From Tubulanus polymorphus (lineage: Eukaryota; Animalia; Nemertea), in the NCBI RefSeq assembly GCF_964204645.1, contig NC_134036.1:8422030-8486029 (forward strand): 64,000 nucleotides of DNA, read 5' to 3'. Positions 52,892-64,000 of this stretch are shown piece after piece. Both the position numbers and the translations under genes were made by a program. The notes under the pieces are model-generated. The model searched no databases. It was not told where the DNA came from and saw only the letters and a list, made by a program, of their open reading frames with translations. Numbering within the stretch: the first letter of the stretch is position 1; each line of letters opens with the position of its first letter.

Positions 52892-55800
52892 ACTCGATTT
52901 TGCTGTTTCACCTGTGATTGGAGTATATTTTTTTTTTAGGAGATTGGCACGAAAGAGACAACTAATATGTGCTATGAGTTGTGCGCACAACTCTCCTTTC
53001 GCGTCTCTTGCTTGAATTAGCAGGTGTCATACTCCTAGGTTGAATTTCTTTTTATTAGGTGGAACAAATTTTCGAATACTGGAATTTGTTGAAGGATTTT
53101 TCGTGATTAGTCTCTTCCCTCGGCGAGCTCTGACTTATCTCGTGCGGGATGTTTCTCTCGTGTCCGCCTGGATCGGGTACAACTTACGCGGTCCGTTAGT
53201 TGCCACCCCACACCGGTCAACTTGAATCGTCGTGACGGGTTATCTTGAATTTTGTGCAATGCGTCTTCAAAGAGAATGAATCTGTGGTTGTCTAAATTTT
53301 GTTGGGTTATTGATTAATTATATTCCGTCAAGGGTTACCTTCAGTTAAAATACTACATGTCAAGTTTTCGAGTATAATATGGATCTGGCGTACTATTTAC
53401 CCATGTCATGGAACTTGTATTACTTTCATGGTACAGATCATGGTACATAGTTATATTACTAAAAAAAAAAAAAAAAAAAAAAAATGTATATCCTATGTTT
53501 TATAGTATTTTTTAATGCGCCGATGTTGCAGCTAAATGGTGGCGGTGATTTTTCTGTATCTGTGAATTTTTTTTACTATATCTATGATTTGATGAGTATT
53601 TCATATTTTTATATGATAAGGATTATTGATGTTACTACTCATGGATTCGGGTTATTTTTCTAATATAACAATATCGATGAGTCACTGTCTATTGTTAGGT
53701 GTTTATGTTGATTGTTGCTGATGTTTTGCCATGTATTTACCCTTTTAGTATTATAAGAATTATGCAATGGAATAGGAATGTAAGTTTTTAGAGATATATT
53801 GCAGGACTTATGTTGAATGAGATGACTTTATATTTTTACCTCCCTAGGCTTGTGTGATAATTTTCTGCTTTTGTGGACAAAAGCTTGAATATAGTGTAGG
53901 AGAGTTTAGCAAGGAGTATTTTTATCTGGAACTGCGGATTGTGTTTTTATGTTTAAATATTGTAATCAATATTTTGCCAGGTCATTTGTAGCTAAGAAAA
54001 CATATTTGTAGATTTTTCCTATGTCCATTAATGGATCTAACCCTTAGTCTTTGTCACTTTTACCCGGATACCGTTTTGGCAGCTCAAGTAGGCTGTCTTG
54101 TTTATTGAGTATTTTGTCTACCTAGCGAACTGGCACTATTTTTGAATAAGTGATGTAATAGCAATATAAACAACTCTCAACTCACCTGCCCTCGCAACTA
54201 GTTTAGCTCTCATCAGGTAATTAGTGTCTTAATAGGTCATTAAGATTTGGATGAACCAATCGCTAGAAGTTTTGGTCACTAATTTCTTGATGGGAGTGTC
54301 TTAATCAACTTGGTTTTTGGCAGCACAGATTTGATCACTCTGTGCCTGCTTTCCAACTGATTAAGACGTAAAATAAACTGGTATTAACACATAAATTCAA
54401 TCGTTTGAATTTTCAGGTGAGTTACATCCATTTTTCATAGTTAAATCTTATATATGTTTTGGCATAAATGTGTACCTAGGCTTAGCTGAGAAATCAGACC
54501 TTTATGTAACACGTACATTTGGTACTGAGAGTCAATTTTAATAGATTAGGTATTTAATCTAAAATGACGGCTAATGATTATTTGTTTGTAGAAATAGGCC
54601 TTTGTATTAAGTATGTAGTTAAAGAAAAGTCATTTTAGGACAATCTCAGTTACGATCTGATGAAGTATGAGTAATCAAGTAGTATAATATTCGATTCTAT
54701 TCTGTGTATACTGTAACTAATTATCATCACTCTGTGCCTGCTATCCAACTGATTAAGACGTAAAATAAACTGGTATTAACACATAAATTCAATCGTTTGA
54801 ATTTTCAGTTTTTGTAAAATTGGCAACGCGCAAAAAGTCCGTTGCTAAAGCTATGTACAGAAATTGTCGATGAGAAATTTTCATTTTGAAACACATTTTC
54901 TAGACAACATAGATTGCGTAGATATGTCGATTCGACCAAACTTATATTTGTAACATCGTCCAATGATGTAACAGTTTAATGAAAACAAAATTTCGATTAC
55001 AAAATCTTTTAAATAGTATACGGCCGTTGATTATTCTATTCAGGTTGAATGAGTTTACACTGTTCCGAAAACCTTATTTATATAACGCCTTGCCCTGCGC
55101 GATTAAATGAGAGATCATTCGCTTTTGCATAACGTTACTGTATACGCAGTTATAGATTCGCGATAACAATGATAATGAAAATGGATAACGATAACGATAA
55201 CAACGATGTTTACTCCTACAGCGCTATAGGTTCCTTGAAAAGTTCATAAACGATCTTCCAGACAATGATTATTTATTCATATTGATTAGAATTTTCTTGA
55301 GCTTAAAAGCTGAATTTCATTTTTGCACCTGGAAGAGATGTTTTGAATTTTCAACCGTACGCGCTGGTCTACGTAGAAAAAAAAACACGATTGTGATAGG
55401 AATGATGAACTGCCTATTTGATTACGAAATCCGGATTAGAATACGTCTGCTGAGAAAACTCGATGGGGGTTTAATGATTAGCTCGTAACATATATAGCAT
55501 TGAGCGAACGAACATCGACTAGAATGACTGCGACCTTGGATAGTCGTCGCGTTCTGAGGCGTGATTTTCTCGGTTGCAACGTATAGATTTTACCATAAAA
55601 TGCGCGAATGCAAAAAATAGAATTTCTGAATTCATATATACGCATGAGTATGGTATTATCATGCACCATAGCGGTATTGCCTCGAGGCTTGTGCGCTATT
55701 TGAGAGCAGACGTTTCTCATTGGAATCATATTTCTCGAATTGGATTCGGTGCCATGCAATGCATAACTTCGTGAGAGTACCACGAAACAGTCGACAACTT

Positions 55801-55929
55801 CTGCAACGTTTGTATTCTGTCGAATCGCCAACGTAGTTATTTCGCCGGTCGAAGGATATTTGGAAATTGCTCCGTGGTCTAATAGACACATACATCTCAT
55901 TTATTTTATCGTATTTGTTATTGTTCGGT

Positions 55930-58900
55930 ATGGAACAGCGACTGAGAGCGCTGTTTATAGCGTCGCTGATCGTCTGTCAAGTTCGCATCGCACGCGCTGA
56001 TCGCGCAGACTCTATCGATGAATCGTCTGTGACGGTAAGTTCGTCTTGTAACAACACGTGGTATCCGCTAGATTCCACGTCCGGTTACATCGTTTCACCG
56101 AATTACCCGTCGTTTACGCGCGGTGTTGAATGTCGTTGGTTCATCAACAGCTCTTTATCGGGAACTTTTCACGTCCAAGTTTACTACGATATCGAGCCGT
56201 CAATATTCTGCAGTGTTAACTATCTGTTCGCTGATGGAAAAATCGCCTGCGGTGATGGAAAACATGAAATCCACCGTAACGATTCGATCTCGTTGATGTT
56301 TAGGAATAACGTCGATGTTGCGCGAGGTAGTCGGGTGTATATCGTATACCGTTATGAACGAAGCCGATTAGAAATCAGCCACAACTGCGGAAAATATAAT
56401 CTCAAAATGAATGAATTAAAAACGCCAATGGGATACCAATATGAATTAACCTCGCATTTATGTAAAATTTTTCTTGAATGGGTCGGAATGGCAAGTGGTT
56501 TAGCGATGAATTTAACACTCATCAAGTTTAGCTCGAGTGATTACGTCAGCATTCACGACGGATGGAACACCAGCAGCGAACCTATTGCTTATATACGGCA
56601 ACAAACTGGGCATCCACCATCGTCCTTTTACACTAAAACAAACAAAGCAGTTTTAATCTCACGCGTGTCATCTTTCCAGTCACAGCTTCTCGTCCAAATC
56701 TACAAAATATCAGATTGGAACGTCTCTAATCCGTTGATTCAGATATCTAATAACGAGTCGGGAGTGCTCATTCCCAATGACAACAGTTTACACGTAATGA
56801 CTCGATCAAAACACTTACACTGCTGGTCAATCACAGTGCAGGTGTTACAGTACGTCGTCTTCAACTGGACACGTGATCTCGTCACATCCGGTGACGTCAT
56901 TGCTGTATATAAACTAGAAGGGTTACGCGCTGTGGGAACTGATATTTTACTCGGTTACAACTACCTGAAATCACTGAGTGTCAAATCTGACGGCTTTCTC
57001 GTCATATTGTGCCTTTTGAAGAGAACGGTTCATGAAAATACGAAATTTGAAATAAACTTTAACGTGAGATCACTATCGATAGAAAATGTAAAGGTTTTTA
57101 ACAGGCGGGTGAGTAACTATTATTTAAGGTTACATCATAACAATATCAAAATTAATACATAATAACTTTGTTTATAATGGTTCAATATGTTTAGGTGTCT
57201 GTGAAACGAGTGTGGTTCATGTCAGCTTCACTGTTCCCAACTCTACAGAACTCGATGAGTTATCGCATCACGAGACCCATGTTCAAATGGAAAGTCGATA
57301 TTTATGAAGAGAATTTGGAACTGACAGTTTTATCAGAGAACTGCGAACGAGCTGGATTTTACATATACGATGGTGGTAATTTCACGGCTAGACGATACGG
57401 TCCGTATTGTCCCGGTAATAAATATGGTCGATCCGTCGTAAGTCTGATTACATCAGGTGGATCAGTTATTGTGGTAGCGTATGCTTATCCCTGGGACGGT
57501 CAGTTGAAAATAAACAAGAAATCATTCCTAAGATTTCGACCTACTGACTGTGACGGCTATGTTTTAAAGGAGAGGGTACGTCAGATCAATATGACGTCAC
57601 ACTGTCTCGTGATTACCCCCGAAAACCGGCGCCTTCCATTGAGAAACATTTATATACTTTCAGAACACGAATATCAAATTGACCGATGTTTCCAGGATCA
57701 TTTTTTATTCAGATTCTGTTACACGCGGTTGAGTAGTCAGTTCCTTGGTAACGGTCTCGTGTTAAACACTGTACGTGTATCCAGTAGTGAAGCGTTCGTG
57801 TCGTATCCATTACTAGTTGAACTACGACGTAAATGTCAACGGTTGTTGAAAATAAGGGAACGACAAAGTAACGTCGCGGTAACGTGTGGAATCATTCAGT
57901 CACCAAACTACCCAGGATTGGCTGATTTCCCCAGCGAACCATTGACATATAAGATACACGTTCGAACTAGGTATGAATTTCTATACTTTAGATTCATAAT
58001 CAAATATATCGTAAGGATATCGTGTACAAAAGCAGGACGGCTAAGGAGCGATCCGATTGTTATCAAACGTAGAATCGCTATAAGCGCCGACCAATCGCAG
58101 CAGCACGAAAGTAAAATATGTGACAATAACGCGATACCGGGACTTGTATTTTATAGTCTCTATCACATGGATGCGCTAATAGAGGTACAAGGTGAGATCC
58201 CGACATTTCAAATACAATACACATTAGAACAGTCGTTACCGGTAAAACAGTTTGAAAATGTCTGTAAATCAGGGTTTCTAGATTCGGGAATTTCATGCGT
58301 GAAATACATCAGAGACGAACGTCTGAATTGGGAGAATGCTGAATTGTATTGTAGACAGAAATACGCGGGACATCTACTCAGTATCAACTCAGAACAGGAA
58401 ATGATTAACATTAAAACATTATTCGCTACGAAGCTTCTTAAACAGGCATATTCAAAGAAAGCCCTCATTATAATGATTGGATTAAAACTGCAGGTAAGTT
58501 TGAAGCATCTTGCGAAAATTCTACGTTCGTAAATGGAACTTCACATCGTGGAATTACATGTTTCATTCCATTTTCTAGCCCAATACTGGATACTACAGGT
58601 GGAGTGATGGGAAACCATTGAGCTACACAGAGTGGTATAAACCTACAAATAACGAAACGATACCGGACGTTATTCAAGGGTTGATATCTCCTCTTAGAAA
58701 ACAACCGATAAATGACGTCAATATGGCGTGTACAGTGATGACACTGAATAATCCACGAGGATCAGCGAACTGGGCTCGATTTCCCTGCAAAATCGAAGAG
58801 GTTCACACGACTTTCATTTGTGAAACAGAAAGAATCGAAATCGAAAATACAACATTCAGAACGATGAACGACACATTTTTGATACGGGGAAAAACGTCTA

Positions 58901-61800
58901 ACGAAAGTATCAATGTTTCAAGCTGCACGGTTGGATGGGTAAGAATAAATGATCAATGCTATCAAATACTGACAGACTGGAACAAATATCGAAGTTTAGA
59001 TACAGAAACTGCGACCGAGATGTGTCGTAGCATCCGTGGTGAAATAGGCACTGTGAAAACCGGTTACGTAGAAAATGTAACAATGAACTTGATAGGAATA
59101 TTTCACTTTCAACATCAATATAGCTCAATACTCATCATGACTTCTAACGATACCCTGCAAGTTATAAACCCAATAATCACTAGAGATGAAATAACTTATA
59201 TTCAAACGGTTAGATGGAAGATAAAACAGTTTGAAAATGCGACAGATACAGCGCATTCTGTCCTGTGTTCATACAATGTAACTGGTGAAAAGTTAGCTTC
59301 TACAAGTGGTTGTAAATCGTGGCAGTTTAAATGTAACGATCAAAGATGTATCAGTGACCATCGCGTATGTGATACCAGACACGACTGTCAGCACGGTGAA
59401 GATGAACTCAATTGTACGGATATCAATTTTCACAGTCAGTTTCAATGCAATGATGGTCAGATTATATCAATAAGTGGTTTCTGTGATTTCATACAGGATT
59501 GTGCAGATGATTCCGATGAGAACTCGTGTTTTCATCCCCCGTGTTTGTCCAGACAATTTCGTTGTAAAAGTGGTCAATGTGTCAGTAGGTCAATGATATG
59601 TGATGGATTCATTAATTGTAGAGATGGTTCGGATGAAATGGGATGCACCGCTCAACTCTGTCAGGGGTTTTTGTGTAACAGTGGAGACTGTATCAGTTTT
59701 CAGTTGTATCAGGATGGTGTCGTGGATTGTAGCGGAAGCCTTGAAGAAGATGAATTAGTAACAACAACTAATGTTACAGTGAATCCTACGATACATTGTA
59801 ATAATGAAAACCACTGTACGACTAACTTCGCAAATCTATGTACGGAATCTGATGAACAAAGATGTTCTTTCAATTCTCCTCATTGTTATTCAAGACGTCA
59901 CAGATGTATTCTAGAAAGAATGACAAATGGTTTCCCAGTTTGTAGAAATCTCGAGCACGTGTTGAGATGTGAAGAATTTGAATGTCCAGCTAGTACTGTT
60001 AAATGTCCAGCATCGTACTGTATACCGATCAGACAGGTGTGCGATGGACACTCGGATTGTCCTAATTCAGAAGATGAAAAAAATTGCGCGACATTTTCAT
60101 GTCCAGGAATGTTCAAATGTGGTCAGGAAAGTCGATGTATTCCACAATCTGAAGTTTGTGACGGCGTCGTACATTGTAAAAATACAACTGATGACGAGGC
60201 TTTCTGTAATACCACGTGTCCTAGAGTGTGTATATGTCAAGGACATTTAATTGAGTGTGGAAATACTGGTTTGACAAATATTACCGGACTTTTCTCGGCA
60301 TCAACAAGAGTTTTGATGTTGTCAAATAACCGAATTGTCTTAAACGTGGCAACATTTTTTCCACATGTTTATCTTCAAGTACTGAACATCTCTTGCAATG
60401 AATTGTCTTATATTTTACCAAACTCGTTCTTAAGCCTGCATAATCTACATACATTAGACCTGACGTACAACAACATAACATCATTATCCGCAAATACATT
60501 CACCGGTTTGTATAGATTGAAGGAATTATTCATAACTGAAAATCCGATTCAATATTTGCAGGAAAGCAGTTTCTTAGGTTTGAGGTCACTCAAAATTCTT
60601 GATCTTCATGGACTTCGTATATTGGTGATTTCTGAACGTGCCTTTGTGGGTTTATCTACATTAAAGTCGTTGAATATTAGCAGAAACAGAATCAATCATA
60701 TTTCGCTTTACGCATTTTATGGAATAAATTCACTTGAAATTTTGGATATAACCAACAATTACGAAGTTATTTCAGTCGACAAAAATGTTTTCGACAATTT
60801 GACGTCATTGATTTCGCTAAGGTCGGATGCTTACAAATTTTGCTGCATGGCTCCGAATGTTGACCAGTGCCTTCCTAAAGCTGATCAATTTTCCTCCTGT
60901 TCTGATCTCATGGGTAACACAGTCCTCAGAGCTATTATTTGGGTCATAGCTTCATTCAGTCTTATCGCTAACGGAATTGTCATTACTCTTCGTGTCAAAA
61001 CGATTCGATTCTCTTCAAATCAATCTTCAGACATCATCATCATCAATGTGGCTTTGTGTGACTTCATAATGTCTATATATTTGTTTTCGATCGCTGGAGC
61101 CGATTATATTTATAAAGGCAGCTACTTTCTCTATTCGGAATTATGGACGGACAGTTTGTTTTGTCGTCTTGCTGGGATCCTGGTGTCTATTTCCTGTGAA
61201 GGTTCATTGACGTTTTTGCTTGTGATGACGCGTCATCGATTTTTGAATATCGTTAATCCATTTTCTGGAAGCCCGATTACTTCACCGCGATATGTATGCA
61301 TTATTTGCTGTTTATGCTGGACCTTCTTGTGCGCTATTGCATTACTACCACTTACACCTTTCCCTTACTTTGGAAACAATTACTACGGCTCAACCGGAGT
61401 TTGTTTACCTATGAATTTAATTTCAATTGATGTCAACGCCTGGCAATATTCTTTCGCTATTTTTGCCGTCTTTAACTCTGTCATACTTGCTACAATAATG
61501 GCGACCTACGCGCAAATGTACAGACTCGTATCTGTAAGCAGGTCGTTTTCGGGTAGAATTGACCCTACCGAACTAGTTTTGGCACGCAGGAGTTTGGTGA
61601 TAAATCTTTGTAATTTATTTTGCTGGCTGCCGTTAATTATCGTTCAGTTTTGCGCGGTATTTCGGGTAGAAATACCGAATAAGGTGGCGGCTTGGCTGGC
61701 AGTTCTTTTCTTACCGATCAACTCGTCCCTCAATCCCCTTCTTTACACAATACTGAATATCGATATGAAATCCATACGAGCAAAAACTAAACGCAGGTAA
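55930..61800 (+). CDS. GRL101-like: GRL101-like LGR-family GPCR, paralog B (~1899 aa), same architecture as paralog A
   Basis: Exons 55930-57108, 57195-58493 and 58579-61800, with phase-0 GT-AG introns at the same positions as paralog A. CUB/CTL/LDLa/LRR/7TM motifs are all intact. Confidence 0.92.
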
Positions 61801-62257
61801 CACAAAAACATCGAAAAGATAATTGAAATAGCTATAGTTAGACCCCAACGCAGAGTGGTTTGTATACAGTGCCAGCTGCAGTTGGGATATTTGATGTTGG
61901 AACTTTGCAAACGAAATACACTATACATCACTGTGATATGTTTTATTCACCTTTCACCGCTTACTTCATATTGAACATTCTCAATTCACTAAATTAACTC
62001 AATCAAGATTTAACGATATTTGAAAGTATTATATTTTTGGGAAAATGACTGTTAATTAATAGGGAAGTTATTTGTATAGAATAAGAACAAGAAATTCAGA
62101 ATAAAGCTAAACAATAATAATAGGGGAAAAAACGAACGCTCGCAACGTAAGCCGTTTTCATAGAAAAATGTATTCGTGAAAATTGTCGTGCAATATAGTT
62201 TTAGGTCAGAAGCTCCTTCGTTGATGGTGATTTCAGGAGATTTTGACCCAAAACTGG

Positions 62258-62617
62258 TGGAGACCCCGTCCTCCCAAGTTATTCGAACATGATGGCATCG
62301 CTACACTCAGCCACGATATGAGCCTCTGCCACAATAGACCGGGTGCGCAGGTACATGCGCAGCTTTGTCGAACGAAAACTTGCTGCACCAATCAGATTGC
62401 TCGTTGTATAATCGCTGTGGTAAATTTCACGGAAGGAATATGTATACAAGGGAAAACTCTGGCTAAAAATAAAACGGGATATCTGATTGGCTTATTATGA
62501 CATCATCTAAGCTGCGCGTGTAGCTGCGCACTCGGTCTAGTATGGCAGGGCTACGTACCGTGGCAATCTCGATACCATCGGGTTCGAATCCCTGCCGGGG
62601 GAGGATGGGAGACCCCG
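62258..62617. repeat. Inverted pair of tRNA-like (SINE-head-like) sequences
   Basis: 62258-62365 is an imperfect reverse complement of 62509-62617. The right arm has an A-box-like cggtctagtatgg and a B-box GGTTCGAATCC. Confidence 0.55.
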
Positions 62618-64000
62618 AGCACGAGCGTAAGTTTCGAATATTCTTAATAGATAATGCATTTCGAAACTATGAAGTATAATCTGCGTAACAAAACAATACT
62701 AAGTGAGACAAAGGTGATTAAGGTAAAATTTTGACGGAGAAGTACGCCCCCGATCGTCAGTGGTAAACTCCTTATCTTAGTGGTAAACTCCTTAACCTAG
62801 AACCGTTCAAGCTGCCCAATCAGCGGCCCGTATTTGATGGTACGGCGGTACACACAGCTGACCTAGTTTTTTGTGCACAAGGCTATTATTAGTTAATTAT
62901 CTGAAACGTTTGTTAAATGTATTAAACAAAAAAGTCATATCAATTCTTGCTTAATGTAATTGTTGTCGTTGAATTAACAACCTGTCTTATTAAGTATTTT
63001 ACTTCAATTGGGCTTAATTGACTTCAATTCACTAATCGATAAAATCGATAACGGTATCGATTTAACTGGGTGGTATAACGTTTGATTTTAATCGTGATCC
63101 ATTATTCACAAAGAAATTGAACACTGGACAAATATGAATACCAATCTGATATGTTAAACGAAGAATGACCACACTCAAACGTGGAGAAAAGATGACACGA
63201 TAAATTAACCAACGATGACGATCTCTGAGTCGAGGTAGAACGTTGCGTCATTTTATTTTTTAAATGAATCAATTCTGTGTTTTTCACAACTTTTGATATC
63301 TTTATATTGTGGGGTTGTTGCGACGCATCCAATTAACCACTTGAGAACCATAAACAACAAAGCCGGTCATTGATTTATTACGCAGTTTTATTGAATCTCG
63401 TTATATTCCGACATTTGACGACTGAGTGACGAATGTAGATTTGAAATTCGAGATTGTTTCTCAACAATCTGACCGTGGTTCAGATTCACAATCGGATATT
63501 TTCCAAAACCACCACAATTTTATCCGATTATAAACCCTTATCAGGGACGATTATGAACAAGTTCCGATTTTACAATTGCGGTTGCAACACTCCACACTAT
63601 AGCCGCAAATATTGCCATTTCTTGTGCAACCTATATCAAAAAGGCGTGGAATTTGAAAATAGAATTTTACACTTTTAAACGATTTTTTTTTACTAACATT
63701 TAGAAACAAAAACAAAAGCAGAACATCAACGGAAATATAGGACCGATGAAGAACCGAACGATGAGACTGAAAGTAATTCGTGCATACGAGGTCAATAGCG
63801 AACAATTATGATAATTACTTTTTCAGAATAATATGATGATATAGGCCTACTGTCTCGGAACAAAATTCGATTGATTAAAAAAAAACTATAAGTTTACTGC
63901 TAATCGCGACTCCAATTTATGTTTTTCATGATATCCAATGAAATAATGAAAAACATGTCTACGGTGACGGAAGTCTGTACTATATATGCGTACGCGCAGG

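Larger units (their letters stand above)
50973..54849 (+). mobile_element. Young non-autonomous Ty3/Gypsy LTR retrotransposon (945-bp LTRs, 4-bp TSD GCTA, pol deleted)
   Basis: LTRs 50973-51917 and 53905-54849 differ at only about 6 positions by eye. Termini TTTAGCAA...TTGCTAAA. GCTA flanks at 50969-72 and 54850-53. TGGTGA PBS-like site after the 5' LTR and purine tract (taggagag) before the 3' LTR. Contains a gag ORF and a chromodomain-like remnant. Confidence 0.92.

Noticed and set aside
62530-62600. Functional tRNA gene
   Set aside because: A B-box is present but I cannot fold a convincing cloverleaf; treated as a tRNA-derived repeat

Overview
AT-rich animal (invertebrate, probably lophotrochozoan; species not determinable here) genomic DNA with spliceosomal introns. 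The dominant feature is a cluster of very large GRL101/LGR-type GPCR genes (CUB-like ectodomain, C-type lectin, about 7 LDLa repeats, LRRs, 7TM). It has two complete 3-exon paralogs (19203-25227 and 55930-61800), one 5'-truncated near-identical copy (34657-39239) and a short stub (49356-49846). The copy and stub come from a ~14-14.7 kb tandem duplication whose junction is a TGGATTGCA(TA)nTGCAATCCA palindrome. Several small spliced genes for secreted proteins are missed or only partly captured by the ORF track. (i) Two copies of a 70-aa prepropeptide whose 42-aa mature part has the CxC..C..C..CC framework of sea-anemone beta-defensin-fold neurotoxins (31827-32704, 45826-46702). (ii) A 72-aa precursor with an 8-Cys framework I do not recognise (17170-17630). 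(iii) A decayed astacin-like gene (12308-~15490). Mobile DNA includes a degraded Polinton/adintovirus-like segment, a Penelope remnant with a hammerhead-like motif, a young non-autonomous Ty3/Gypsy element with unusual TT..AA LTR termini, a SET-domain-bearing DNA-element fragment, a foldback element and a back-to-back tRNA-like pair. A frameshifted single-exon class A GPCR lies at 1856-2802. All calls come from manual reading and translation; no searches were run.
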